DNA of 64,000 bases from Spirochaetia bacterium (GCA_963668315.1 OY764216.1:1792001-1856000); one strand, 5' to 3'; counted from the first letter of the stretch, positions 1 through 10,904 are shown. Translations and numbers: made by a program. The notes: generated from the sequence alone by a model not told the origin.

Positions 1-1608
1 TCGGAGCAGAGGAAGATGGGATCCCCCGAAGGTGTGACCATCCTGGCCGCCGCCGTTATCGACGACGTTCTGGGTATTATCATGCTGGCTATCGTACTGG
101 GTATGATCGCCGTTCTGGGAGACGGGGGCGGTTCCATCAACTGGGGAGCCATCGGACTGATCGCCCTCAAGGCTGTCGCCGTCTGGCTGGGATTCACGAT
201 TCTGGGGCTTTTTTTCGCCCGGCGGATAAGCAAGGGACTGAAATTCTTCAAAGGTCAATCCGCCATCGCTCTGATGGCTCTGGGACTGGCCCTCTTCATG
301 GCGGGAATCTTCGAGGAAGCCGGTCTGGCCATGATCATCGGGGCCTATGTGACCGGTTTGAGTCTCTCCCGCACGGACATCAGCTTTGTAATCCAGGAAA
401 AGCTGGAAGTGGTGCACGACTTCTTCGTCCCCATTTTTTTCTGCGTCATGGGAATGATGGTTGATGTGGAGGTTTTTACCAATCCGCAGGTGATTATTTT
501 CGGTCTGATTTATTCCCTGGTTGCCATTGTCGCCAAGATTATCGGCTGCGGCGGTCCGGCTCTGTTCCTGAATTTCAACAAACTGGGAGCCCTCCGCATC
601 GGTGTGGGAATGGTTCCCCGCGGAGAGGTCGCCCTCATCATCGCCGGTATAGGAATCGCTCAGGGCATATTGAGCAGCAATCTCTTCGGGGTGGCCGTTA
701 TGATGACCCTTATCACCACCGTCGTTCCTCCCCCCATCCTCACCGCTTTGTTAAAAAGCAGCAGGAGCGGGACGCGCAAAGAGGAAAAAGGTGATAACCG
801 GCTCGAGACGGATTTTGATTTTCCCTCACAGGAACTGCAGAGTTTTGCCACCTCCCAGATTATTGACGAGTTCGAGAGCCAGGGTTTCTTTGTTCATGAA
901 TGGGATGTGGGTCATCCGGCCTATCAGATACGGAAAGATGATGTGTTTATCACCATGAATATCCTGGAAAACAAACTGAACTTCATTTCCGATGCTCAGG
1001 ATGTGCTTTTTCTGAAAACCCTCGTCTATGAGAAGCTCTTGGAGATGCAGGAGACGGTTAACAAGCTCAAGGAGCTGGCCAAGCCGGAACAGCTGGGAAG
1101 GGAGTTGCTCTCCGAGGATACCAGTGCGGGAGGGGGAAGAAAGGAGGATAACTTCTTCCGTGATATTTCCCTCGATTGCATAAAAATGGATCTGGAAGGA
1201 AACGATAAGGAATCCATTATTCTCGAGCTTGTTGATCTGGCAGAGAAATCCGGTAAGCTCCTGGACAGGGATCTGGTCCAGAAATCCGTCTTTGACAGGG
1301 AAGCTTCCATGAGTACGGGGATGCAGAACGGCATCGCTCTGCCCCATGGAAAATCCGACGGGGTGGACTGTCTGATTCCCGTCGTGGCCATACACAGGGA
1401 AGGGGTGGACTTCAATTCCCTGGACGGAGAGCCGAGCCGTCTCTTCTTTATGATCATATCCTCCAGGAACACCTCCGGCCCCCATGTCCGGTTTCTGGCG
1501 GCCATAAGCGGTATTCTGTCGAAAAATGAGGTGGTTGAACGGATTCTGAACTGCCGGACTCCCGAGGAATTGAAACAACTTCTGATTGATGAGGCCGTAT
1601 CGAAATAG
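1..1608 (+). CDS. CPA2-family cation:proton antiporter fused to a C-terminal PTS EIIA (Fru/Ntr-type) domain; 5' end lies outside the window
   Basis: AAVIDDVLGII and GMVPRGEVALII CPA2 motifs and many TM helices. The C-terminus has RE.SMSTGMQNGIALPHG and DFNSLDGEP EIIA motifs. The frame is open from base 1. Confidence 0.9.
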   Translation, partial: SEQRKMGSPEGVTILAAAVIDDVLGIIMLAIVLGMIAVLGDGGGSINWGAIGLIALKAVAVWLGFTILGLFFARRISKGLKFFKGQSAIALMALGLALFMAGIFEEAGLAMIIGAYVTGLSLSRTDISFVIQEKLEVVHDFFVPIFFCVMGMMVDVEVFTNPQVIIFGLIYSLVAIVAKIIGCGGPALFLNFNKLGALRIGVGMVPRGEVALIIAGIGIAQGILSSNLFGVAVMMTLITTVVPPPILTALLKSSRSGTRKEEKGDNRLETDFDFPSQELQSFATSQIIDEFESQGFFVHEWDVGHPAYQIRKDDVFITMNILENKLNFISDAQDVLFLKTLVYEKLLEMQETVNKLKELAKPEQLGRELLSEDTSAGGGRKEDNFFRDISLDCIKMDLEGNDKESIILELVDLAEKSGKLLDRDLVQKSVFDREASMSTGMQNGIALPHGKSDGVDCLIPVVAIHREGVDFNSLDGEPSRLFFMIISSRNTSGPHVRFLAAISGILSKNEVVERILNCRTPEELKQLLIDEAVSK

Positions 1609-1620
1609 TACAATAGGAAT

Positions 1621-2349
1621 GTGAAAGGAAAAAAATACCTTTTATTCCTATTCTTTCTCATCCTCTCCGGTAATGCGTTCGGAGAGGAAATCACGGTCTA
1701 TGCTCTTGAGGCTATGCCCTACTGCGGAGTAGTGAAGGGGATAGCCCAGGGAATCGCCATTGATATTTTGAATGAAGCCGCCAACTACGGCGCACCTTCC
1801 TTTACTTTTCGTTTTGATATCCCATGGAAGCGGGCTCAGAGTCTCATCCAGGATCAGGACGAGGGACTTTCTGCCATTATTCCCTTCTCCTTCTCGGAAC
1901 AGAGAAAGGGGGACTACACGTGGATATCTCTGCTTTGTTCCCGTCACTTCAGACTATATTCACTGACGGATTGGAATCTCAGGGAATATGGGGCGGATTT
2001 TTCGGTAGGACTTGTCAGAGGGCATGTACTCATCGATGTCCTGGATAATTTGGGATGGGGCAGAATCGATTCGGGAGCCGAAAACGCCGAGGCGAATATG
2101 AGAAAGCTGGCCCTGGGGCGGGTCGATGGGGTGGCCGATTCCGATTTGATTGCCCTTTATTACTGGAATAAAGTTCTCAAGGACAGACGCCCCTTATATG
2201 AGGGAGAAGAGATAGGGGACGCCAATGACATTTACATTGCCTCGGGAAGCGATTTTCCCGAAGACATCGCCCGGCAGATTGATCATGCCGTTGATCTGAT
2301 GCGGGCGGATGGGAAGATCGACGAGATTATTGATAAATGGATAAGGTAA
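1621..2349 (+). CDS. Family 3 (polar amino-acid-type) periplasmic substrate-binding protein
   Basis: Signal peptide; PY..G...DI, PWKRA, L..GRVD and M.ADG.I..I..KW motifs. Confidence 0.75.
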   Translation: MKGKKYLLFLFFLILSGNAFGEEITVYALEAMPYCGVVKGIAQGIAIDILNEAANYGAPSFTFRFDIPWKRAQSLIQDQDEGLSAIIPFSFSEQRKGDYTWISLLCSRHFRLYSLTDWNLREYGADFSVGLVRGHVLIDVLDNLGWGRIDSGAENAEANMRKLALGRVDGVADSDLIALYYWNKVLKDRRPLYEGEEIGDANDIYIASGSDFPEDIARQIDHAVDLMRADGKIDEIIDKWIR

Positions 2350-2365
2350 GATATGGGCGGGCAAT

Positions 2366-2395
2366 AAAAAAGGTCATCCTGTGGATGACCTTAGC
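2366..2395. terminator. Hairpin between the convergent SBP gene and tRNA; U-tract on the minus strand
   Basis: AAAAAAGGTCATCC-TGT-GGATGACCTT inverted repeat. Confidence 0.7.
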
Positions 2396-2400
2396 TTTAG

Positions 2401-2474
<74 letters not shown>

Positions 2475-2486
2475 GAAGCGATTAAG

Positions 2487-2515
2487 AATATAACCGATAG
2501 GCAAAAAAGGGTCAA
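2487..2515 (-). promoter_or_regulatory. sigma70 promoter of tRNA-Ala
   Basis: TTGACC-N17-TATATT directly upstream of the tRNA. Confidence 0.75.
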
Positions 2516-2585
2516 CCCTCTTTTTTATTTTTTTTTGCAAATCCCGGAAGCCATGGGGGCTTCCGGGAGGGGAATGATCAATTCT

Positions 2586-5030
2586 CTAGTAGGAGCTGTG
2601 GAAAAGAGAGGTGGCGGTCAGCTGTTTTTTCAGTTCCCCGGGGGATAATTCTCCTCTGACCAGGGTGAGCTCTCTTGTTTCTCCCCCTTTCATATGGAAG
2701 AAATTATCCGAGAAGACCGCGTCATCAGAGGAAAGATCAAGGTATACGAAAAGGGCGGGTCTGTCCGCTTTGACGCTTATTGTAAGCTTACCGTCTCTTT
2801 CCTTGACTTCGCAGGAGAGGGCCGGATCTTCCAGTTCCATATGCTTATAGGGGGCAAAGGCGTGGCTGGCCCGGCAGACTGTGCCGTCCTCCCCCTCAAA
2901 GCGGGCGAAGAGGAACCGGTTGCAGCAGTCTCCATTTTTCAGTTCCTCGGTGAAATCCATGGTAAGGAAAGAGCGGCTGGAAAAGGAGGGAATGACCGCC
3001 TTTTCCTCTCCTTCCAGGATCGTTTTCCCGCTGAAATCACAGAGTTCCCATTTCAGAACTCCGCTTTTTTCTTTTTTATCCTCATTGGAAAGCCACAGTG
3101 AAACGCTCTCTTCCTTCCCTTCGCAGGAGAGGAGGAGATTGGCAAAATCCCTTTTGGCCATATAGTGGAGGGCCTTCCATCGTCCGTAGTAGTCGATACT
3201 GGCCCATGACGCCACGGGCCAGTTGTCGTTCAGCTGCCAGTAGACGGCTCCCATGCAGCGGCCTCTGTTACGGCGCCAGTGGCGGATCCCCGTGGTCAGG
3301 GCGTCGCCCTGGCTCAGCTGGGAGAGGTAAACGGTATTCCTGAGATCGGAGGGAGCTTTGAAGTACTGGGACATATAGTAGAAAATCTTGCTGTTTCCCC
3401 CGGGGCAGCGCTGGTGATCATCCATGATGCGGGATATGGGGTTGCGGTCCTCTTCCTCCGTAAAGGACTCAATCGTTTTCATATCAGGATAGGATTCAAA
3501 GCCGAACTCGGACATGAACCGGAAGTAGTGGTTCTCGTACTCGCTGAAGGGCATCAGGCCGTGCCAGACCGCCCAGAAGTGGCAGTCCCCCCGTTCCGGT
3601 GCATTGGGTTCGTCGAAACTGCCCGCCGAAGAGGGAGAGGAGGGCCAGTAGAAAAGCTCCGGGCATACCTCTTTCGCAATGGCGGGAAAGACGAACTCAT
3701 ACTGCTTGAGATACTCCATTCTCTCTTCGTTCGTCGATTTGAACCAGTTGAGAATGCCGTCCTCCATCTCGTTGTTGCCGCAGATAAGGCCCACCGAGGC
3801 ATGATGGCGTATTCTTTTCAGATTATCCCTGACTTCGAGGGATATGTTCTCCAGAAAATCTTCGTTTTTCACATCATAGATGGCGCAGGCGAACATCATG
3901 TCCTGCCAGTTTACCAGGCCGTAGATATCGCACAGGTCATAGAAATCATCGGAAGGGTAAACACCGCCTCCCCAGACGCGGATCGAGTTGAAGTTGGCTT
4001 CCACCGCATCCTGAATCAGCCTCTCCGTTTTTTCCCTGGTCACGCGCGTCAGATAGACATCTTCGGGAATATAATCGGCTCCCCGTGAAAAGAAGGGAAT
4101 CCCGTTAACCGTAAAGGCAAAGGCTTCCCCCCATTCGTCCTTATCACGGCATACTGTCATGGTGCGCAGTCCGATTTTCAGTTCCCCTTTCTGGCCGTCG
4201 GGAAGGACTCCCTCCAGTTTGTACAGGGGCTGGTCTCCCAGGCCGTTGGGCCACCAGAGGCGGGGATTCTCCACGGTAATGACGCACTTTTCCCCGCAGA
4301 CCGCTTTGGCTTCCCGGGTTTTCCCTTCCGGTCCTGTAAGGGTAAAGGCCATTTCCGGCTTATCGCCCCAGCAGTCCGCTTCGGGTATCAGCTCCAGGTT
4401 GACCCGTCCGTCCTCATGGTGCTGGATAACGCGAATGCCCTCCAGCCGGTAGGATCTGTAAGCGGCGATGCGGATATGGCGCCAGATTCCCAGGTCGGGA
4501 ATCTTCGGGCCCCAGTCCCAGCCGTAGCTGCAGTGGCTTTTCCTGATCATGTTGAAGCCCTGAACCGATACCACGCCGTCATGGTCGGCGGCATAGAGAA
4601 GTCTCCGTTCCCGCTCCTTTCTTATGTATTCAAGGGAGTTCTGAAAGAGAATCTCTATCCTGTTCTCCCCCTCTCTCAGAAGAGATTTCACATCGATCCG
4701 GTAGGGCCGATGCATATTGTTTGTCCGGGCGGCTTCGCGGCCGTTGACCGTTATTACCGTAAGGGTGTCCAGACCTTCGGCTTCCAGAAAAACTCTTTCC
4801 GCGGAAAGAATACTTTTCCCCACGGTGAAACTGCGGGAAAAGAGAAAATCCCTGTCGGCGATATCCAGGCACTGCCGGTTGTTGTCCCTGAAGAAGACGT
4901 CGCCCTTTTCATAGACTCCCTGTTCTTCCAGAGTCTGAAAAACCGAACCGGGAACCGGCTGGTCAAATTCGTATTTCCCCTCTTCCGAACGGACATGCCA
5001 CTGCCCGTTTAAACAAATCTCTTCTTTCAT
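2586..5030 (-). CDS. Glycoside hydrolase family 2, beta-mannosidase
   Basis: IRKSHCSYGWDWGP, RVWGGG.Y, WQDMMFAC, GNNE (acid/base), FMSEFG (nucleophile) and YWQLND.WP motifs. Confidence 0.92.
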   Translation of the reverse strand: MKEEICLNGQWHVRSEEGKYEFDQPVPGSVFQTLEEQGVYEKGDVFFRDNNRQCLDIADRDFLFSRSFTVGKSILSAERVFLEAEGLDTLTVITVNGREAARTNNMHRPYRIDVKSLLREGENRIEILFQNSLEYIRKERERRLLYAADHDGVVSVQGFNMIRKSHCSYGWDWGPKIPDLGIWRHIRIAAYRSYRLEGIRVIQHHEDGRVNLELIPEADCWGDKPEMAFTLTGPEGKTREAKAVCGEKCVITVENPRLWWPNGLGDQPLYKLEGVLPDGQKGELKIGLRTMTVCRDKDEWGEAFAFTVNGIPFFSRGADYIPEDVYLTRVTREKTERLIQDAVEANFNSIRVWGGGVYPSDDFYDLCDIYGLVNWQDMMFACAIYDVKNEDFLENISLEVRDNLKRIRHHASVGLICGNNEMEDGILNWFKSTNEERMEYLKQYEFVFPAIAKEVCPELFYWPSSPSSAGSFDEPNAPERGDCHFWAVWHGLMPFSEYENHYFRFMSEFGFESYPDMKTIESFTEEEDRNPISRIMDDHQRCPGGNSKIFYYMSQYFKAPSDLRNTVYLSQLSQGDALTTGIRHWRRNRGRCMGAVYWQLNDNWPVASWASIDYYGRWKALHYMAKRDFANLLLSCEGKEESVSLWLSNEDKKEKSGVLKWELCDFSGKTILEGEEKAVIPSFSSRSFLTMDFTEELKNGDCCNRFLFARFEGEDGTVCRASHAFAPYKHMELEDPALSCEVKERDGKLTISVKADRPALFVYLDLSSDDAVFSDNFFHMKGGETRELTLVRGELSPGELKKQLTATSLFHSSY

Positions 5031-5159
5031 GAAAACAATTCCTTTCAGGAAAACAGGAGCCCATCTTCCTGGTTGTGGTCAATTTACATTCATTGTAAGA
5101 GGAGAAACGTGATTTATACAGGAATAATATTGACAAATAATAGAAATATTGTGATATAA

Positions 5160-5990
5160 ATGAATATGGCTCTACTACGGCAGAATTGGCGGGATACGGG
5201 AAGAAAGTACTTTCAGCTGAGCATATTCGAATATCAGTCCTCCTATTTCTATCCTTCCCATAACCATGAGGAGCAGGCCGAACTGGTTTACTGCACCAAG
5301 GGCCATTTTCAGCACCGCATCAACGGAGTGGATTATCGCCATGGAGAAGGGGAAATGCGCCTGATCCGTGCCAGAGACATACATCAGCTCAAGGGAGAAA
5401 GGTTTTCCTACTTCAATCTGGCCTTTACCGAGAAATGGCTGGACCGCCTGGCTCTGATGACCGGGATCGACAGGGAGGAGGTTTTCCCCACGGGGGCGGG
5501 GGGGCTTGTCCCCCTGTCCGACGAGTTCAGGGAGACATTGAATGAGAGGCTGGACCGTCTGTTCACCTGGGAGGACCGGGAGGAGGGGCAGATTCCCTTT
5601 CTCCATTTTCTCTCGGAGTGCATGGACCTTGCCCGGATCGGTCTCTGGCAGGAGCCCCGTTCGGAGAGCCTGCCCGACTGGCTGGCCGAAGGAGTACGTG
5701 AAATGGAGGAGTCCCTCTCCCTGGAGAGGGCCCTGGAAAAGTCCTGCCGCAGCCGGGAGCATTTTTCCCGCACCTTCAGGTCGCACATGGGAGTTCCCCC
5801 CACGGTTTACCTGAATCGGCTCAGGATGGAGAAAGCCTCCCGCCTTCTGACCCGGACAAATCTTCCCGTGAAGACGATTGGTATAGGCTGTTCCTTTGAA
5901 AACCAGAACTATTTTAACCGCTGCTTCAAGGATTATACGGGACTGACTCCCCTGGAATACAGGCGGAGGTTCAGGAACCGGGTGCATTAA
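5160..5990 (+). CDS. AraC-family regulator (cupin + HTH), divergent from the GH2 gene
   Basis: Cupin H.H..E motif and C-terminal F.NQNYFNRCFK.YTG.TP.EYR. Confidence 0.9.
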   Translation: MNMALLRQNWRDTGRKYFQLSIFEYQSSYFYPSHNHEEQAELVYCTKGHFQHRINGVDYRHGEGEMRLIRARDIHQLKGERFSYFNLAFTEKWLDRLALMTGIDREEVFPTGAGGLVPLSDEFRETLNERLDRLFTWEDREEGQIPFLHFLSECMDLARIGLWQEPRSESLPDWLAEGVREMEESLSLERALEKSCRSREHFSRTFRSHMGVPPTVYLNRLRMEKASRLLTRTNLPVKTIGIGCSFENQNYFNRCFKDYTGLTPLEYRRRFRNRVH

Positions 5991-6069
5991 GGTCTTTCGG
6001 AACAAGTTTTTTTTCCGGTTTCTCATTATTACAGCCGGAGTTACCGATATTGAAAAAAGGTGAAGGCGT

Positions 6070-7296
6070 GTGGGACGTGTAAGTAATGTAAAGCTGCAGA
6101 AAATTATAACGATCGATGAAGAGCTCAACAAAATACAGGACTTGGATATCCTTATGGAGCGGATTCTTCTGGATGCCAGAAAGGTAACCAACGCAGAAGC
6201 CGGCTCCGTCTACAGTGTGGAAGGACATCAGCTTCAGATCAAATGTTCTCAGAATGAGGTGCTGGAACGGGACCTGCCCCCCAACGGAAAACTGATATAC
6301 GCTTTCTTTGAGTATCCCATCAGCGAAAAAACCATCTCCGGATGGGTCGCTGCCAACGCGGAGCCCCTTATGATTACCGATGTATATAATATACCGGAAG
6401 AAGCCCCCTACGGCTTTAACCCCGATTACGATCAGAAAGCGGGATACCATACCAAATCCACCTACACTCTCCCCCTCATATCCAATACAGAGCAGGTCAT
6501 CGGCGTGCTTCAGCTGATCAACTCCCGGGACAGCAAGGGGAGGGTCATTCCCTTTCACAAGAGGGACGAACCGTTTATCACCCATTTCGCCTCGAGCGCC
6601 ACGCTGGCCCTGCAGAGAGCCCGCATGACAAGAACCCTTCTTCTGCGGATGATCCGGATGGCCGGTCTGCGCGATCCCAAGGAGACGGGAGCCCATGTAA
6701 ACCGGGTAGGGGCCTATTCGGTGGAGATATATGAAGCCTGGGCAAAGAACAGAAAACATGATCCCGGTGAAATCGAGAGGGTCAAGGATACTTTCAGAAT
6801 GGTCGCCATGCTCCACGATATCGGCAAAGTGGCCATCCCCGATAACATTCTCAAGAAAGCGGGCCAGCTGGATGAGGATGAATTCGACATAATGAAAACC
6901 CATACCTGGCAGGGTGCCAAAATCATGGGGGACAGCGAATCGGTCATGGACTCCATGGCCATCGAGGTGGCCCTCCGGCACCATGAGCACTGGGACGGCA
7001 CGGGATATCCCGGCCGCATCGATATAGAAACGGGTGACTGGCTGGACAAAAACGATCAGACCGGGTTGAAAGGGGAGGAGATTCCCCTGTTCGCCCGCAT
7101 TGTAGCCATCGCCGATGTCTATGACGCCCTTATGTCCCACCGCGTCTATAAGGACGCCTGGAAGGAAGAGGACGTCATCCAGTCCATTGCCGAGCAGAAG
7201 GGTCGTCAATTCGATCCCGAGTTAGTCGATCTGTTTATGGAAATCCTGCCCACGATCAAGCATGTGCAGGAAAAATACCCCGATCAGCAGCAGTAA
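6070..7296 (+). CDS. GAF + HD-GYP cyclic-dinucleotide phosphodiesterase
   Basis: GAF domain (FN..YD..AGYHTKS..LP); ETGAH..RV, LHDIGK, HHEHWDGTGYP, ADVYDAL. Confidence 0.9.
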   Translation: MGRVSNVKLQKIITIDEELNKIQDLDILMERILLDARKVTNAEAGSVYSVEGHQLQIKCSQNEVLERDLPPNGKLIYAFFEYPISEKTISGWVAANAEPLMITDVYNIPEEAPYGFNPDYDQKAGYHTKSTYTLPLISNTEQVIGVLQLINSRDSKGRVIPFHKRDEPFITHFASSATLALQRARMTRTLLLRMIRMAGLRDPKETGAHVNRVGAYSVEIYEAWAKNRKHDPGEIERVKDTFRMVAMLHDIGKVAIPDNILKKAGQLDEDEFDIMKTHTWQGAKIMGDSESVMDSMAIEVALRHHEHWDGTGYPGRIDIETGDWLDKNDQTGLKGEEIPLFARIVAIADVYDALMSHRVYKDAWKEEDVIQSIAEQKGRQFDPELVDLFMEILPTIKHVQEKYPDQQQ

Positions 7297-7631
7297 CCGC
7301 CGGCCAGTCCGGCGGCGTAGAGTTTTCCGCAGGCCTGGTACATGCCCAGTTTCGTCTGCATAAGGGTAATGCCGCTGTCGGCGGCCAGGGTTTTCATATT
7401 ATCGGTGATTTCCTTTTCCCTCACGAAAAGAATGTGCTCTATATCGGCCATTTCGGCAGTGCGGATGGCCTGAATATTGGCCAGTCCGGTGACCAGCAGG
7501 GCCTTCTCCGGTTCCAGGGTAAGTATGTCGCTCATGAGATCGGACGCACAGATCATTTCTATGGGGGCGTCCAGATTATTGCCGCACAGAGTATGTCCAT
7601 CCACCAGGGCTAATATTTCCTTTACCGTCAT
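7284..7631 (-). CDS. Stand-alone DRTGG-domain protein
   Basis: ASDLMSDIL, LLVTGL.N.Q.IRTAEM and ACGKLY motifs. Confidence 0.8.
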   Translation of the reverse strand: MTVKEILALVDGHTLCGNNLDAPIEMICASDLMSDILTLEPEKALLVTGLANIQAIRTAEMADIEHILFVREKEITDNMKTLAADSGITLMQTKLGMYQACGKLYAAGLAGGYCC

Positions 7632-7785
7632 TGGTTCTCCCGTCTTCCTAATGGCTTAACTATAGATCAGATAGTCCTCATTAATCAAATAGTCTCCGGG
7701 GAAAACACAGGATAATTCGCCGGGGAACAGGGATTTTCCTATCGTTTTACTTGCAATTGCTCTCCGACTTTACTAGACTCGCCTT

Positions 7786-9612
7786 ATGAGGAACCGTTTC
7801 GCCTCCCGATTATTATCTCTCAAGCTCACGGGGCAGTTTATTCTCTTCGGAATACTGGTAAGCTATTTTTCCCTGATCCTTTCGGTGTATTCGGCGGGCA
7901 GGCAGATTATAGAGAACTTCTCCCGGGAATTCGTCAACCGGGCTTCCCTTACCATGGAGTTACACGACGGGGAGTCGTGGCTGGAGAACATGTTCATCAA
8001 CGAACCGGAGAAGGGCCGTGTCCTGCTGGACAGCATACGGGAGATCCCCTTTTTCCAGAACCGGGCCGTAGCCTCCTTTGCCCTTTACAGAAATTCAGGA
8101 GGAGAGGAGGGCTGGCAGGAACTGTTCTCCGACGGGGATGCCATCGAAGGGAGCGATATGAAGGATGAGCACTGGCTAGCCATGCTCGAAGAGGCCACGA
8201 AGGAGGGACGCAACATTAAGCAGCCCCTCTACCTGGGACAGGGGGGACACCGCATCTATCTGGTGAATACCACTCCCCCCCGCAGTCAGTACAACTATGT
8301 GGCCGCCTTGAAAATCGCCCATTTCAATCTCCTCCGCCTTATTCGGGACGAGTGGGCCCGGCTCCGCTACAGTACCCTGGGCGTGGTGATTTTCTCCCTG
8401 ATTCTGGGGCAGCTCTTCACCCGGCCCCTTTCCCGTTCCCTCCGCTCCCTCACCGACAAGGCCCTGTCCGTTTCCCGGGGCGACGAAAAGATCTCTTTCG
8501 CCAACAGCCGATGGGACGACGTGGGGGTTCTGAGCCGGACGATGGACAGCATGACCCACACTCTCAGGCACCGGGCCCGGACTCTGAAAACCATGAACCT
8601 GATAGACCGGGCGGTCCTTTCCTCCCTGTCCCGGGAGGAACTGCTGAAAGAGGTGGCCGATTATATCGCCGAACAGTTTCCCGACTCGGGCGTGGCCGTT
8701 TTGGAAAAGGAGGGCCGGGCCTTCCGGATTCTGGCGCTGCTCCCCGCCGAAGGCGGTTCCGGGGCAACCCGCATATCCTATGACGAGATCAATCTCCCCC
8801 TCATCTCTCCCTCGGATATTTCGGGGACCGATATCTCAAACGACCCCGGTCTGAGACTGCTTTTCGGCCGGGGGAGCCAGAAAAGGCAGACCGTGACCTA
8901 TCCCCTTGTGGTGGAGGAAAATCCCGTGGGGGCCGTCATTATCACAAGGGATAATCTGTCCGAAGAGGACAGGGTGACCCTCCGGATGCTGGCCGATCAG
9001 ACAGGAATCGCCCTCAAAAGTCTTTCCGATTTCAACGCCCGGGAGAGCCTGCACAGGGGGATGCTCCTGGCTCTGACCAGGGCGGTCGACGCCAAATCTC
9101 GCTGGACGGCCGGCCACAGCGAGCGGGTGACCCGTCTGGCTCTGGTTATGGGGGAGAGGCTCGGCGCTGACAAGGAGTTCCTGGATATGATCCGAATCGG
9201 AGGGCTTCTGCACGATATAGGAAAACTGGCCATTCCCGAATCCATCCTTGATAAGCCGGGAAAACTTACCGATGAGGAATACGGCCAGATCAAGGACCAC
9301 CCCCTGCGGGGAGACAGAATCCTCAGGGATATCCCCGGGCTGGACGAGGCGCGCCGGGCGGTCAGGAATCATCACGAAAGATGGGACGGCAAAGGCTACC
9401 CGGACGGGCTTGGGGGAGAGAAAATCCCCCGTATAGCCAGAATCATATCCATTTGCGACGTCTATGACGCCGTAACGGAAGACCGCCCCTACCGAAAGGG
9501 ATTCACCTCCGGCGAAACACGGGCGTTTATGAAGGAAGCCCGGGGAACCATGTTCGATCCGGAGCTTCTGGACATTTTCATCGCTCTTCTCGATGAAGGA
9601 GGCATGGACTGA
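7786..9612 (+). CDS. Membrane-anchored HAMP-GAF-HD-GYP phosphodiesterase
   Basis: Two TM segments, HAMP (DDVGVL), GHSERV, LHDIGK, HHERWDGKGYP, DRPYR. Confidence 0.88.
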   Translation: MRNRFASRLLSLKLTGQFILFGILVSYFSLILSVYSAGRQIIENFSREFVNRASLTMELHDGESWLENMFINEPEKGRVLLDSIREIPFFQNRAVASFALYRNSGGEEGWQELFSDGDAIEGSDMKDEHWLAMLEEATKEGRNIKQPLYLGQGGHRIYLVNTTPPRSQYNYVAALKIAHFNLLRLIRDEWARLRYSTLGVVIFSLILGQLFTRPLSRSLRSLTDKALSVSRGDEKISFANSRWDDVGVLSRTMDSMTHTLRHRARTLKTMNLIDRAVLSSLSREELLKEVADYIAEQFPDSGVAVLEKEGRAFRILALLPAEGGSGATRISYDEINLPLISPSDISGTDISNDPGLRLLFGRGSQKRQTVTYPLVVEENPVGAVIITRDNLSEEDRVTLRMLADQTGIALKSLSDFNARESLHRGMLLALTRAVDAKSRWTAGHSERVTRLALVMGERLGADKEFLDMIRIGGLLHDIGKLAIPESILDKPGKLTDEEYGQIKDHPLRGDRILRDIPGLDEARRAVRNHHERWDGKGYPDGLGGEKIPRIARIISICDVYDAVTEDRPYRKGFTSGETRAFMKEARGTMFDPELLDIFIALLDEGGMD

Positions 9613-9621
9613 TCCGTCCGG

Positions 9622-10467
9622 TCAGACCTTCGACTTTTCCAGGATAAAGGCCACTTCCTCAGGCCAGAGCTCCTCGTCAATCGTCTCGAGCACCAGGGGA
9701 ATTCCGTCGAACCGGGAATCGGAGGCGATGCGGGAAAAAGCGTCTCGGCCGATATGCCCCTGTCCCAGGCTGTGGTGTCTGTCCACCCGGCTGGCTAACT
9801 CCGATTTGGCGTCGTTCAAGTGCATCCCCTTCAGAAAACCGAACCCGATGATACGCTCGAATTCGCTCCAGACCGCTTCCATGGACTCCTCCGTCCTCAA
9901 GTCGTAGCCGGCGGCGAAAAGATGGCACGTGTCCAGGCAGACCCCTACGCGGGACTTATCCCTGACTCCGTCGATGATCCGGGCGATCTCCTCAAAGCTA
10001 TTTCCCAGATTGGAGCCCTGGCCCGCGGTGTTTTCAATAACCAGAACGGCGCTTTCCGTCTGCTCTATCGTCAGGTTCAGACTCTCCCCGATCCTGTCCA
10101 GGCAGTCCCCCGCTTCCATGGCCTTAAGATGGCTCCCCGGGTGGAAATTCAGATATTTCAGACCCAGCTGCTCCACCCGGCGGACTTCGTCCAGAAAGGC
10201 CGAGCGGGATTTCTCCAGCTTCTCCGCTTCCGGGTGTCCCAGGTTGATCAGGTAGGAGTCGTGAACGAGAATCTGTTCCGCCTCGTATCCGTTCTCTTTC
10301 AGGTTTTCGCGAAAGGAGTGAATGCTCTCTTCTGTGAGAGGCCGGGCTGTCCACTGGCGCTGATTTTTCGAAAACATGCCGAAACCGGTGGCTCCGACTT
10401 TCTTTGCGTTAAGGGGGGCGTTTTCCACGCCGCCCGCTATGCTTACATGGGGACCGATATATTTCAT
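9622..10467 (-). CDS. nfo: Endonuclease IV (deoxyribonuclease IV)
   Basis: [47 protein letters not shown]. Start reassigned to the ATG at 10467, which has a GAGG RBS. Confidence 0.95.
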   Translation of the reverse strand: MKYIGPHVSIAGGVENAPLNAKKVGATGFGMFSKNQRQWTARPLTEESIHSFRENLKENGYEAEQILVHDSYLINLGHPEAEKLEKSRSAFLDEVRRVEQLGLKYLNFHPGSHLKAMEAGDCLDRIGESLNLTIEQTESAVLVIENTAGQGSNLGNSFEEIARIIDGVRDKSRVGVCLDTCHLFAAGYDLRTEESMEAVWSEFERIIGFGFLKGMHLNDAKSELASRVDRHHSLGQGHIGRDAFSRIASDSRFDGIPLVLETIDEELWPEEVAFILEKSKV

Positions 10468-10474
10468 GTATCCT

Positions 10475-10828
10475 CTATTTTTCCCCCTCTTCGGGAACAA
10501 TACAGATAAAGGAAAGATCCTCCTTCCCGTCGTTGGCAAACTGATGGAGCTCTCCGCCCTTCACATAAGCCGTATCTCCCGGGGCGACCCTTTTCTCCTC
10601 CCCGTCTATGAACAGTTTGCCCGACCCGCTGATGATATAGTTGATATGGGGCCAGTCATGGGCGTGCCGGGGGGTGAAACCGCCCTCTCCCAGGGTGAAA
10701 ATCCTCATGACCCAGCCGTCCCAGCCCTCCTTCGGGCTTATTCCCACGGCCTTGGCCACGTTTTTCGCGCCTTCCATATTCACAGCCGCTGCCGGCATAT
10801 CCTCTTTTTTCAATAGGGGCATAATCAT
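10475..10828 (-). CDS. Cupin-domain protein
   Basis: [10 protein letters not shown] and ELHQF cupin motifs. Confidence 0.85.
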   Translation of the reverse strand: MIMPLLKKEDMPAAAVNMEGAKNVAKAVGISPKEGWDGWVMRIFTLGEGGFTPRHAHDWPHINYIISGSGKLFIDGEEKRVAPGDTAYVKGGELHQFANDGKEDLSFICIVPEEGEK

Positions 10829-10904
10829 CTCCTTTCATTCGGTGATTCCAGAATAAAAGAAAGGGAGGGGAAAGTCAAACGAGCACATTCCGGTTTTTTC
10901 TTTT

